Part shown: positions 29,908-38,973 of the stretch, in pieces
How the letters are laid out: each line of letters starts with the position of its first letter
Position numbering within the stretch: the first letter of the stretch is position 1
DNA from: Pontimonas sp.
Lineage (GTDB): Bacteria > Actinomycetota > Actinomycetes > Actinomycetales > Microbacteriaceae
Direction: 5' to 3'
Length of the DNA stretch: 64,000 nt
NCBI GenBank assembly: GCA_965657845.1
Contig: CBFHPU010000005.1
Span: 11,818-75,817 of the forward strand
Notes under the pieces: generated by a model
The model's database searches: none
What the model saw: only the letters and a program-made list of their open reading frames with translations
Told to the model about the DNA's origin: nothing
Position numbers and translations under genes: made by a program

Positions 29908-30797
29908 GCTTGGTCAAAAGCGCTGCGCAGTCGCTCGATAGACACGTGGGTGTACAGCTCGGTGGTGGCCAAGGATTGGTGACCTAAATATTCTTGAACG
30001 CTTCGCAAATCGGCACCGTGATCGAGCAGGTGGGTGGCGGCCGAATGGCGCAGGGTGTGGGGGCCACTCGGGCCACTACCCGGGTAGGGCCCCAACAACG
30101 CGGCAATTAGTTGATAGACCGTGCGTGGGCCTAAAGGCCCACCGCGTGAGTTCAGGAAGACTTTCCTCGAGTTTTTTCCCGCCAGAAGTACCTCTCGGCC
30201 CGCGTCAAGGTACTCCGTCAGCGCTGTGTGGGCGGGGCCACCCATCGGCACGACCCGTTCGCGGTTTCCTTTACCCACCACGCGCAGGGTGCGCTCGGTG
30301 AAATCGACGGCGTCCATTTCAACACCGCACAGCTCGCTCACCCGAAGTGCGGAAGAGTAGAGCAACTCGACGATGGCGCGGTCACGAAGACCCACCGGGT
30401 CGCCGGTAGCAGCGCGCTGCGTGAGCAGGTCGAAAATCTCTGTCAGTTGGTGTTCGGTGAGGACACGGGGTAAGCGTTTGGGTGCGCTCGGTTGGTGGAT
30501 TCCCGCGCCAATGTCAACAGTAAGAAGTCCTTCGCGGTGTGCCCATGTGGACCACCCTCGAAGGCTGGACACCCTTCTGCGCAGTGTCCTCGGAGCGAGG
30601 CCGGCGCTTGCTTGGTCCCACAACCACGAGCGACACAGTTCGGCGTCCACACCGGACATACTTTCGATTCCGGCAGTCTCGGCGTAGTCAACGAGTGACT
30701 CTAAATCCTGCTGGTAGCCGCGCAGGGAATGCTCGGAAAGCTCAGCACTGTCTGCTCTCGCATCCAGGTAGGCACGAATGGCAGCCCTCAGGGTCAT
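29892..30797 (-). CDS. xerC: Tyrosine recombinase XerC (chromosome dimer resolution)
   Basis: The catalytic blocks are SALRVSELCGV, HTLRHSAATHLL and LGHQSLATTELYTHV. It sits in the conserved position downstream of dprA. The start is set at ATG 30797 because the track ORF extends 74 codons into the upstream gene. Confidence 0.85.
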   Translation of the reverse strand: MTLRAAIRAYLDARADSAELSEHSLRGYQQDLESLVDYAETAGIESMSGVDAELCRSWLWDQASAGLAPRTLRRRVSSLRGWSTWAHREGLLTVDIGAGIHQPSAPKRLPRVLTEHQLTEIFDLLTQRAATGDPVGLRDRAIVELLYSSALRVSELCGVEMDAVDFTERTLRVVGKGNRERVVPMGGPAHTALTEYLDAGREVLLAGKNSRKVFLNSRGGPLGPRTVYQLIAALLGPYPGSGPSGPHTLRHSAATHLLDHGADLRSVQEYLGHQSLATTELYTHVSIERLRSAFDQAHPRA

Positions 30798-30870
30798 AGC
30801 TTCTAGTGTTTCGAGCGAAACGGTGAGACCCGTGCGACACACCGGATGGGTTCCCAGTCGATGGATCTGA

Positions 30871-31812
30871 CTAGCCGCCTGACTGGGCGGCCTGTTCCCC
30901 TTTGTTGAAGTCCGAATTTTTGTCCGAAAAGACTGCTCTGCGCTGTTCGGGACTCCACGTTCGAAACTCAGCGAGACGATTTTTGGGCTGGGTGAAGACC
31001 ACCGGAAGGTCGCCAACAACTAGTTCGGAAAAGACCACCTGTTCGGGGTATACCGACACCAAAGATGCGCTGTGGCCGGCATCGACACCGCTCAGCAAAG
31101 TATCGGCTGTGGCGACCATGTCGATGTTGTAACACATGGCTGCCGCCACTGATACGGGGATGCCTTGGTAGGCCGAAAAAGTGGAGTAGTGCAAGTGGCC
31201 AGCCACAATGCCTCGCACGTCACTTCCGGCAATGCTCTGCCACAGTGCGGCTTGGTCATCGAGTTCGATCACGCCCATCATGTCGATGGGCGTGGGAATC
31301 GGCGGATGATGCATCGCCAGGAGCGTGCCGTGAGGTGCGGGAGTGGCTAACACTCCTCTCAGCCATTCGTGTTGACTGGCGGTCAGCTCACCGTGGTGGA
31401 ACCCGGGCACAGACGTATCGAGGGCGATGAGGCGAAGACCATCGATGTCATACACACGGTCGAGTGGCTCACCGGTGTTGTCTTCGCCAAAAAGCGCGCG
31501 GGCGAAAGGCTCGCGTTCATCGTGATTTCCCATCACCCAGATGATTTGTGCGCCTAAAGCCTCAGCAAAGGGCTCCACACTGCGACGAAGAGTACGGTAA
31601 GCGTCTTCTTCGCCGATATCGGCGAGGTCGCCGGTGAATACCAGCGCGGACGGTTTCTCGCCACTGGCGACCACCCGCTCAAGCAGAGCCGTGAGACGCT
31701 CAGCTGCGTCGATAGACCCCCAGAGCTGGCGATCGCCGCCGAGAAGGTGGGTGTCGCTGATGTGTAGCAGAGACATCCTGGCATCGGGATGCTGACTCAG
31801 AGGGGTGTTCAC
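30871..31812 (-). CDS. Metallophosphoesterase (calcineurin-like, CpdA-type)
   Basis: All the signature motifs are present: SDTHL, GDLAD, GNHD, HHPP and GHLH. Confidence 0.8.
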   Translation of the reverse strand: MNTPLSQHPDARMSLLHISDTHLLGGDRQLWGSIDAAERLTALLERVVASGEKPSALVFTGDLADIGEEDAYRTLRRSVEPFAEALGAQIIWVMGNHDEREPFARALFGEDNTGEPLDRVYDIDGLRLIALDTSVPGFHHGELTASQHEWLRGVLATPAPHGTLLAMHHPPIPTPIDMMGVIELDDQAALWQSIAGSDVRGIVAGHLHYSTFSAYQGIPVSVAAAMCYNIDMVATADTLLSGVDAGHSASLVSVYPEQVVFSELVVGDLPVVFTQPKNRLAEFRTWSPEQRRAVFSDKNSDFNKGEQAAQSGG

Positions 31813-31835
31813 GGTTATAGATTAGGCTTTCTCAC

Positions 31836-32777
31836 TTATTTCTGGGGCCACAGTATGGTTTCCCCGGCCCACTGTTCAATCACACGCTCTGCGCCACGAT
31901 TGTCACCGGGTAGCCCCATAGTGCCTGTTTTTCCGACTCCAACCTGGGTGAAACCAGAATGTTTCTCTCCTTCTTCGTACAGTACTGCCATCACTTCACG
32001 CTCGAGGTGGGCCGCGTGAGCCGCCGTGCTAATCGCCCCGGATCTCAGCGGCGCCTCCACCACAATTGTGAGAGTGGCGAGCGCCGCAATGAGACGGTTT
32101 CTGGCTAAAAACCCCTTACCCCCGTGGTGTATTCCGGGTGGCACCTCAGACACGACCACACCGCGGTGGGCAATCTCGTCACACATCCCGCGGTGTTCGG
32201 GGGGATAGGGCCGGCTGGGTGATTGGGCGAGCACTGCAATGGTGGGCACCCCGGATTCCAGGGACACCAGGTGACCGACTGCGTCAATTCCTTTGGCCCC
32301 ACCAGAGACAATGGTGCGCCCGGCGTTGATCTGATGCCAGGCAATCTCCCGTGCGGCATTCAACCCGAGCGCACTGGGTGTCCTGGTTCCCACAATGGCG
32401 ACATTTCGCCCGGTTCGTCCTAACACTTCAGCAGCTCCCCGGAAGAACAACACGAGGGGAGCTTTAGCGCCCAAGTCATTCACGCTTGCCGGCCAGTGCC
32501 TATCCCCGGGTATGAGGACTTGGAGCCCCTCCCGGGAAATGGTGTCCACGACATAGGGCATTTGTCGGTCGTGGGGCACGGTGAGAGCGCTCTCGCGAAG
32601 CCTCTTGAGGCAGGCTCCTGGTCGACCAGGGAGGGTTTTGACAGAGCGTGCCGACAGGATGTCACGAAGCTTGACGGCTCCGAGGGTGGCCACCAACTCC
32701 CCTACTAGAGGGTCTCCTGGAGCGCTCACAAGCGAGAGCCAGATGCGTGCCAAACGGTCAGGTTGCTGGAGGGTCAT
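31836..32777 (-). CDS. dprA: DNA-processing protein DprA (short form)
   Basis: The Rossmann-like core is VAIVGTRTPSALG...IVSGGAKGIDAVGH...VVSEVPPG...FLARNRLIAAL...VVEAPLRSGA. The C-terminal ~60 aa do not resemble the usual DprA tail. Confidence 0.8.
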   Translation of the reverse strand: MTLQQPDRLARIWLSLVSAPGDPLVGELVATLGAVKLRDILSARSVKTLPGRPGACLKRLRESALTVPHDRQMPYVVDTISREGLQVLIPGDRHWPASVNDLGAKAPLVLFFRGAAEVLGRTGRNVAIVGTRTPSALGLNAAREIAWHQINAGRTIVSGGAKGIDAVGHLVSLESGVPTIAVLAQSPSRPYPPEHRGMCDEIAHRGVVVSEVPPGIHHGGKGFLARNRLIAALATLTIVVEAPLRSGAISTAAHAAHLEREVMAVLYEEGEKHSGFTQVGVGKTGTMGLPGDNRGAERVIEQWAGETILWPQK

Positions 32778-32864
32778 GGTCGGCTACCGTGGCGCAGTGG
32801 CGGAGCCTCCGCAGAGGCCACGGGCAGCCCAGTGCAGAGAGGCCCTCTGCGAATGAGCTGTGGA

Positions 32865-33185
32865 CTACTCGTCTAAGGCGAGGTCGGTGGGCAGTTTCAA
32901 TTCCTTGTTGCCCAGTTCTTCCACGTTGACATCTTTGAAGGTCAACACTTTGACAGACTTCACAAAACGATCCGCGCGGTAAATATCCCACACCCACACG
33001 TCGTTTAACACCAGTTCGAAGTAAAAATCACCGCCGCGCTCTTGGACACTTTGGCTCACATCGTTGGCGAGGTAAAAGCGCCTCTCGGTTTCCACCACGA
33101 ACTGAAACTGGTTAACAACGTCTCGATACTCGCGGTAGAGCGCAAGTTCCGCTTCGCGATCAAAGTCGTCAAATTCTTCGTCCAT
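32865..33185 (-). CDS. DUF2469-domain protein
   Basis: The sequence ELALYREYRDVVNQFQFVVETERRFYLAN...FVKSVKVLTFKDVNVEE closely resembles the conserved actinobacterial DUF2469 family found next to rnhB. Confidence 0.9.
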   Translation of the reverse strand: MDEEFDDFDREAELALYREYRDVVNQFQFVVETERRFYLANDVSQSVQERGGDFYFELVLNDVWVWDIYRADRFVKSVKVLTFKDVNVEELGNKELKLPTDLALDE

Positions 33186-33192
33186 GGGCGCC

Positions 33193-33855
33193 TCAGTCTA
33201 GTCCCGGTGGGGCGGGTTCTTTCAGAGAGGAAATCCAGGTGACCCGGTGCAACGGGCAGGGCCCCAACCGCACAATCGCCTCCCGGTGAGCAGCTGAGCC
33301 GTAGCCCTTATGCCCCGCGAAACCATAACCGGGATAGTGCCCATCGGCGTCAATCATCACCTGATCACGCGAGACTTTCGCGATCACCGACGCAGCCGAT
33401 ACGGCTGCCGCGGTGAGATCGGCTTTGGTTCGGGTCACCACCGAAAGAGCGGGAGGCAAGTGGGCTGACAGCCAATCCTGATTCCCATCGAGTAGCACCA
33501 CGGTGGAGGCCGGCTCACCGATCGCGCGCCACGCCTGCAGCACGGCACTGGCTCCGGCAGCACCCAGGGCTGCCATGATGCCATTGGAGTCGATGGCTGA
33601 GGCTTCACTTCGCCCAGAGGCTGCCGCCACCAGCCACTGCTGGGCACGCTGTGCGATGTCGCCCCGGCGCTTCTCTGGAATGAGTTTCGAATCGCGCAGT
33701 CCATCAGGGATCGGCCCACAACCGGGATTCCAGACACCAGCGCTCACCCACACGGGTCCTGCAATAGCGCCTCGACCGACCTCATCAACACCGATCACAT
33801 ACTGCGCGCCCGCATCAACCAGGGCTTGTTCGGCTTCCAGGTGCGGCGCACTCAT
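33193..33855 (-). CDS. rnhB: Ribonuclease HII
   Basis: Supporting blocks are VIGVDEVGRGAIAGPV, DSKLIPEKRR and GHKGYGSAAH. The start is set at ATG 33855, which forms an ATGA overlap with the lepB stop. The track ORF has 26 additional upstream codons. Confidence 0.9.
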   Translation of the reverse strand: MSAPHLEAEQALVDAGAQYVIGVDEVGRGAIAGPVWVSAGVWNPGCGPIPDGLRDSKLIPEKRRGDIAQRAQQWLVAAASGRSEASAIDSNGIMAALGAAGASAVLQAWRAIGEPASTVVLLDGNQDWLSAHLPPALSVVTRTKADLTAAAVSAASVIAKVSRDQVMIDADGHYPGYGFAGHKGYGSAAHREAIVRLGPCPLHRVTWISSLKEPAPPGLD

Positions 33856-34583
33856 CCGCGTACAGGGTTGTCGGGGATACCCTGAAAAACAGCCGGGAAG
33901 TTGGCCAACCAGGCCCAGTTCTCCACCGGCCAACTGACAACAATGGCGCGGCCCACGACATTATCGATGGGCACAAAACCGCCCCCCGGTTTAGACAGGT
34001 TGGCTCTGGAATCTGCCGAGTTGTAACGGTTATCGCCCATGACCCACAGTGCATCGTCAGGGACCACCACAGAGAAACTGGAACCACTCACGTCGGTGAC
34101 ACCCTCAGGAAGCGACACATAGGACTCTTCGAGGGGAACCCCGTTGACACTGAGCGCTCCCAGCGCATCACAACACACCACCGTGTCACCGGGAAGACCG
34201 ATGACCCGTTTAATCAAGTGTTGGTCGCCGGATTCATCGGGCAGTCCCAGTCGTGGCCCCACCCAATTAAACAAACGGGTCAAGGGGTCATCTTCGGTGG
34301 CGAGCCCACTGGGTAACCACCCACCGGGGTCCACAAACACCACCACATCGCCGTGGTTCAAGTCGATGAGTCCAGGAGTGAGCTGGCTGACAATGACCCG
34401 GTCATCGATTTGGAGGGTTTCCTCCATGGACGAGGTGGGGATGGAAAACGACCGGATGAGGAACGTTTTGATCAAAAACGACACCACAAGGGCCGCCAGG
34501 ACAATGATCAGTAGATCTCTGACAATGACAAACAGGTAGCGACCCAGGCGACTAATCAGACCCCGTGGTGCTTTCTGAGCCAC
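33852..34583 (-). CDS. lepB: Signal peptidase I
   Basis: An N-terminal TM segment is followed by the catalytic Ser block IPTSSMEETL, then the GDVVVF and KRVIGLPGD boxes and GDNRYNSADSR. Confidence 0.9.
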   Translation of the reverse strand: MAQKAPRGLISRLGRYLFVIVRDLLIIVLAALVVSFLIKTFLIRSFSIPTSSMEETLQIDDRVIVSQLTPGLIDLNHGDVVVFVDPGGWLPSGLATEDDPLTRLFNWVGPRLGLPDESGDQHLIKRVIGLPGDTVVCCDALGALSVNGVPLEESYVSLPEGVTDVSGSSFSVVVPDDALWVMGDNRYNSADSRANLSKPGGGFVPIDNVVGRAIVVSWPVENWAWLANFPAVFQGIPDNPVRG

Positions 34584-34604
34584 TGCGTCACACCCCCTGG
34601 AGCC

Positions 34605-34630
34605 TCAAAAAAGGACCCTAATGGGGTCGC
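34605..34630 (-). terminator. Candidate intrinsic terminator downstream of rplS
   Basis: The minus-strand sequence is GACCC-cauua-GGGUC followed by CUUUUUUGA, located between the rplS stop and the lepB start. The stem is short (5-6 bp), so this is tentative. Confidence 0.4.
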
Positions 34631-34644
34631 GATATGTCTTAAGT

Positions 34645-34992
34645 TTAAGACTCGCGCTTTTCGCGGATGCGCGCTTTCTTACCGCGCAGGCTTCGCACGT
34701 AGTAGAGCTTTGCTCGGCGCACTTCACCGCGGGAGAGAATCTCGATGCCATCGATAATGGGCGAGTGCAGCGGGAATGTCCGCTCCACACCGACCTGGAA
34801 GCTCACTTTGCGCACCGTGATTGTCTCGGTGAGGCCATGACCGGAGCGGCTGATGACCAGACCTTGGAAGGCCTGGATACGCGAGCGGTTACCTTCCACA
34901 ATGTTCACATCCACTCGGACAGTGTCGCCGGGGCGAATATCGGGAATGTCGGACTTAAGCGACTGTGCGTCAAGCGCATCTAAGGTCTGCAT
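34645..34992 (-). CDS. rplS: 50S ribosomal protein L19
   Basis: The sequence [32 protein letters not shown]...RRAKLYYVR is L19. Confidence 0.97.
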   Translation of the reverse strand: MQTLDALDAQSLKSDIPDIRPGDTVRVDVNIVEGNRSRIQAFQGLVISRSGHGLTETITVRKVSFQVGVERTFPLHSPIIDGIEILSRGEVRRAKLYYVRSLRGKKARIREKRES

Positions 34993-35184
34993 GATTGTTC
35001 TCTCCAGGCACCACGGGCTGCCAGCGTAAGGGGGAAAAAGGACTTTTCCCGGCTCGAATGTGGACCTCTGGCGCTCTCCCCCGTGGCAGAAACCAGAAGC
35101 TCCAACGCTTTAGTGTGCCACACCTGATACTCTGCGTCGAATCAAGAAACAAATCCCGAAACGGTGTGAGAAGAGTGGTGTGAA

Positions 35185-35814
35185 GTGAGCATCGATATCG
35201 ACACAGGTTCTTCGCTGCGTAATGTCCCTGTTCAAAAACGCAGTGCCGACCGTATGGAAGCACTGCTCGACGCTGCCGCCAAACTCATTGACGAGGGTGG
35301 CATTGACGCGGTGACCACTACCGCTGTCGCCTACCGAAGCGGTTCCTCCGTCGGTGTGCTCTACCGCTACTTCCCGAACGTCGATGCGCTTCTTCGCCAA
35401 CTGGCCACCAGAAACCTCCACCTCTACCTGGACGCGGTCAAAGAAGGTAGTGACCTCACGCCCGATGAGCCATGGTCATCATGGGACCTCACCCTGGATG
35501 CTTTTGTTCGTTTGTGTCGATCGGAACCCAGTTTCTTGCACCTTCGTTTCGGTGAACTCATTACCGACCGTTTCCTGAGCGAAGAAGAGCCCAACAACGC
35601 CATCATCGCCAAAGAGTTTGCGAAACTTGTGTCGGAGACCCATTCCATCCCGGTCACCGAGGACATGATTTTCCACCTCGAAATCGCTGTCGCAATGGGT
35701 CAGGCGTTGATGACCGAAGCGTTTAGGCGAAACCCCGACGGTGATCCGAAAATCATCGAAGAAGCCCGCACAGTAATCGGTGACTACCTGCGCAGCAGCG
35801 TCCCGATCAAATAA
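35185..35814 (+). CDS. TetR/AcrR-family transcriptional regulator
   Basis: It starts at a GTG. The N-terminal HTH region is RSADRMEALLDAAAKLIDEGGIDAVTTTAVAYRSGSSVGVLYRYFPN, followed by a helical ligand-binding domain. Confidence 0.85.
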   Translation: MSIDIDTGSSLRNVPVQKRSADRMEALLDAAAKLIDEGGIDAVTTTAVAYRSGSSVGVLYRYFPNVDALLRQLATRNLHLYLDAVKEGSDLTPDEPWSSWDLTLDAFVRLCRSEPSFLHLRFGELITDRFLSEEEPNNAIIAKEFAKLVSETHSIPVTEDMIFHLEIAVAMGQALMTEAFRRNPDGDPKIIEEARTVIGDYLRSSVPIK

Positions 35815-35817
35815 TCC

Positions 35818-36591
35818 GTGCGTATTGCAAGGCTGCGTGCAGCCGACATTGAGGCGATGCGCCCCGCGGGCGCTTTTGTGGCCAACGTCCTTCACGAACT
35901 TGTTGACGCCGCCGAGCCAGGAGTGAACCTTCTGGAGCTGGATGCGCTGGCCCACGAGCGCATCCGAACAGCGGGTGCCACCAGTTGTTACATCGACTAC
36001 CACCCCTCGTTTGGGGCATCGCCGTTTGGCAAAGTCTTGTGTACATCGGTTAACGATGCTGCCCTTCACGGACTCCCCCGCGATTACACCCTTCGGCCAG
36101 GGGACCTACTCTCCGTAGATTTCGCCGTCGAGCTCGGTGGGTGGGTTGCCGACTCGGCGAGAAGCGTCGTCATCGGTGAGGGTGAGCCAGAAGACCACAC
36201 CCTCATTGCCGCCACAGAGGAAGCCCTGTGGGCAGGAATCGAACAGGCCAGGCCCGGTAGGCGCCTGGGTGACATTCAGGCCGCGATCGGCCAGGTGGGC
36301 CGTCGCTATGGTTACGCCATCAACACCGACTTTGGTGGCCACGGTGTGGGCCGCACCATGCACGAAGAACCGTCAATCCCCAATGACGGTGATCCAGGTA
36401 CTGGCCCGCTGTTAAAACCCGGCATGGTCTTCGCCATTGAGCCGTGGTTTATGCACACCACCGATGAGTTGGTTGTTGACGCTGACGGCTGGACCCTTCG
36501 AAGCGCTGATGGCTCGCGTGCCGCACACAGTGAACACACTGTGGCAATCACTGCAGAGGGCCCGCTGGTTCTTACCGAGCGGCCCCAGTAG
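35818..36591 (+). CDS. map: Type I methionyl aminopeptidase
   Basis: The metal ligand blocks are DLLSVDFAV, GHGVGRTMHEEP and AIEPW, followed by SEHTVAIT. It starts at a GTG 3 nt after the TetR stop. Confidence 0.93.
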   Translation: MRIARLRAADIEAMRPAGAFVANVLHELVDAAEPGVNLLELDALAHERIRTAGATSCYIDYHPSFGASPFGKVLCTSVNDAALHGLPRDYTLRPGDLLSVDFAVELGGWVADSARSVVIGEGEPEDHTLIAATEEALWAGIEQARPGRRLGDIQAAIGQVGRRYGYAINTDFGGHGVGRTMHEEPSIPNDGDPGTGPLLKPGMVFAIEPWFMHTTDELVVDADGWTLRSADGSRAAHSEHTVAITAEGPLVLTERPQ

Positions 36592-36603
36592 TAGCGCAGG
36601 CCG

Positions 36604-37293
36604 CTAGCTACCGGGCAACAAATCCGGACGGTTGTGTGTGGTGCGAAGAGTGGATTGTTCTGCCCGCCACCGCGCAATCTGATCGTGGTGGCCACTGAGG
36701 AGAACTTCTGGAACATCCAGTCCCCGCCAGGTGGGGGGTTTGGTGTAGCTGGGGTATTCCACACCAGGCAATTGGTGGCTTTCTTCCACTAAAGATTCCG
36801 GATTTCCTAACACCCCGGGCACTAGTCGGACACTGGCCTCAATCATGGCCAACGTTGCCACATCACCACCGGCCAACACGTAATCGCCAATACTGAGCTC
36901 CCGAACATCAATACGGGAGCGGTAATACTCCACCACCCTCTGATCGATTCCCTCATAGCGTCCGCACGCAAAGATGAGGTGGGTGGAGTGCGCCAGCTCG
37001 GCAGCCACCGGTTGACTAAAAAGTTTTCCGGCCGGGGTGGGAACAATGAGGGTGGACTGGTCAGTCACTACCGCATCAATCGCTTGCCCCCACGGCTCTG
37101 GGGTCATCACCATTCCGGCGCCACCACCGTAAGGGGTGTCATCGACACTGCGGTGACGGTCGCTCGTGAATTCCCGCAAATCGTGGATGGCGATCGTCAC
37201 CAACCCTGACTGTTGGGCTTTGCCCATCAGCGACAACTGCAGGGGCGCAAAGTAGTCGGGGAAAATGGTGATGACGTCAATGCGCACGAGCAT
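36604..37293 (-). CDS. trmD: tRNA (guanine37-N1)-methyltransferase
   Basis: Supporting blocks are [36 protein letters not shown] and [11 protein letters not shown]. The start is either ATG 37293 or GTG 37287. The track ORF extends further into rimM. Confidence 0.93.
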   Translation of the reverse strand: MLVRIDVITIFPDYFAPLQLSLMGKAQQSGLVTIAIHDLREFTSDRHRSVDDTPYGGGAGMVMTPEPWGQAIDAVVTDQSTLIVPTPAGKLFSQPVAAELAHSTHLIFACGRYEGIDQRVVEYYRSRIDVRELSIGDYVLAGGDVATLAMIEASVRLVPGVLGNPESLVEESHQLPGVEYPSYTKPPTWRGLDVPEVLLSGHHDQIARWRAEQSTLRTTHNRPDLLPGS

Positions 37294-37924
37294 CACCCGA
37301 TTCACCGGAATCCGAATCACCGCTGCCATCATCGCCACTGTCAACGTCAGATAATTCGGCATCGAATAGGCCACCTGGCGGTGTCACCTCGATGTAGCCC
37401 TCTTCGGTGTTGACTTCTGGCACGAAGGCTCGAACAAAAGGCAGGAGGACCTCTTCTTGTTGCCCCGGCACCGCCACAGCGAGAAGGTCTTGTGCGGGCA
37501 GGTGATCCACCCGAACAATCTCGCCTAAACGAGCGTCCCCGCGTCGCACCTCCAACCCCACTAGTTGGTGATCAAACCAGGCGTCAGATTCGGTCGAAAC
37601 AGCCTCCGGGTCTTGCTCAACCCACAAAATGGCCCGCACCAAGGTCTCAGCCCGATCGCGGTCATCAATCCCTTCGAAAAACACCACAGGCTGTGCGTTG
37701 TAAAAACGCAACTGCGAGACGGTGAGTTTTTGGCCGAACCATTCCGAATCGGTCGGCACTTGAACACTCAAGATGGCACCGGGACTAAAGCGCCCCTCGG
37801 GGTCGTCGGTGTAGAGCTCCAGCTTCAGCCCGCCTTTAAGGCCGTGGGCTTTGAGTAACCGTGCGACCCGCAACTCCACGCGCTGGGGCTTTGGAGCCGG
37901 AAGGCCACCCTTCCGACTAGACAT
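37277..37924 (-). CDS. rimM: 16S rRNA processing protein RimM with an acidic Asp/Ser/Gly C-terminal tail
   Basis: The RimM N-domain is [24 protein letters not shown], followed by a PRC barrel (LVGLEV...[15 protein letters not shown]). The tail is [20 protein letters not shown]. The start and the KH-gene stop form TGATG. Confidence 0.85.
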   Translation of the reverse strand: MSSRKGGLPAPKPQRVELRVARLLKAHGLKGGLKLELYTDDPEGRFSPGAILSVQVPTDSEWFGQKLTVSQLRFYNAQPVVFFEGIDDRDRAETLVRAILWVEQDPEAVSTESDAWFDHQLVGLEVRRGDARLGEIVRVDHLPAQDLLAVAVPGQQEEVLLPFVRAFVPEVNTEEGYIEVTPPGGLFDAELSDVDSGDDGSGDSDSGESGDARAH

Positions 37925-38160
37925 CAGGAGTCCTGGTCGACCACGTCCACACGAACCCGACCGCCTTTAGCAAGCGCCCCAATGACGGCGCGCAGTGCTT
38001 TTGCGGTGCGACCGCCGCGACCAATTACTCGACCGAGGTCATCCGGGTGAACCCGGATTTCCAGAACATCGCCTCGGGGGCCTTCGACCGGCGTGACCGA
38101 CACCTCGTCAGGGTGTTCCACAATTTCTTTGACGAGGTGGGTCAACGCACGGTCTAACAT
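37924..38160 (-). CDS. KH-domain RNA-binding protein (YlqC-like)
   Basis: The 78-aa protein has a GRVIGRGGRTAKALRAV GxxG loop. It lies between rpsP and rimM. Confidence 0.85.
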   Translation of the reverse strand: MLDRALTHLVKEIVEHPDEVSVTPVEGPRGDVLEIRVHPDDLGRVIGRGGRTAKALRAVIGALAKGGRVRVDVVDQDS

Positions 38161-38163
38161 GCT

Positions 38164-38805
38164 CTACTCGGCCTTCTCGGCTTTAGCTTTAGCGTCGTCG
38201 CCTTCGGCGGCATCCTCAGCAGGTGCCTCTTCGGCAGCCGCTTCAGCGGGGGCCTCTTCGGCAGCAGCTGCGGGAGCGTCCTCAGCGGGAGCCTCCTCGG
38301 CAGGCGCAGCGTCCGTAGCGGCCTCTTCAGTAGCAGGGGTCTCTTCCGCAGGGGTCTCTTCGACCGGAGCAGCTTCAGCAGGGGCTTCGGCTACTGCCTC
38401 AGCGGGTGCTTCAGCGGGTGCTTCAGCGGCAGCGTCGGCCTTGGCCGGCTCCGTTTTGGCCTTCGGCTTCAAGACGGGCTTCTTTTTGGTGTCCGGGTTG
38501 AACTCAGGCTTGGGCTCTGGAGGCTGCACCATGTTCTTGGCACCCTTTTCACCCTTGAAGGTGCCCCAGTCGCCGGTGAGCTTCAAAATGGCCAACACCT
38601 GCGGGGTGGGCTGTGCACCAACACCCAACCAGTAGAGGGCGCGCTCAGAGGTGACCTCGATCAGCGAAGGGTTCTCGGTCGGGTGGTATTTCCCGATCTC
38701 TTCAATCACGCGGCCGTCGCGCTTTTTGCGCGAATCGGCCACAACAATGCGGTAGTAGGGCGCGTGGATTTTTCCCATGCGCTTCAGTCGAATCTTGACA
38801 GCCAC
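38164..38805 (-). CDS. rpsP: 30S ribosomal protein S16 with a ~90-aa acidic Ala/Glu/Pro C-terminal tail
   Basis: The core is [32 protein letters not shown]...[10 protein letters not shown]. The tail is [35 protein letters not shown] and continues in the same style. Confidence 0.93.
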   Translation of the reverse strand: MAVKIRLKRMGKIHAPYYRIVVADSRKKRDGRVIEEIGKYHPTENPSLIEVTSERALYWLGVGAQPTPQVLAILKLTGDWGTFKGEKGAKNMVQPPEPKPEFNPDTKKKPVLKPKAKTEPAKADAAAEAPAEAPAEAVAEAPAEAAPVEETPAEETPATEEAATDAAPAEEAPAEDAPAAAAEEAPAEAAAEEAPAEDAAEGDDAKAKAEKAE

Positions 38806-38973
38806 GTTTCTCCAGTCGTGATGGGTATTGGTGCCAGGCTCGCAAAACCAGGTGGGGTCTGCTTGCGAGAAAGCGGTGGTCGGGCACTACCGACAGATAG
38901 AGGGTCGGACGGTGGTGTTACCAGCGTCCTATTCTGTCAGATTCCTAGGCGCCCTGTGACCGTTACGGAAAAA

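Noticed and set aside
29892-30797. The tyrosine recombinase as a marker of an integrated mobile element
   Set aside because: It sits in the conserved dprA-xerC housekeeping position. It has the XerC/D-type catalytic blocks. It is not flanked by phage or transposon genes, direct repeats or a tRNA target.
31836-32010. A possible frameshift explaining the atypical DprA C-terminus
   Set aside because: I translated the other two minus-strand frames across this stretch. Both hit stops quickly and show no DprA-like AVPG/LI..GA motifs. The annotated frame is the only open one.
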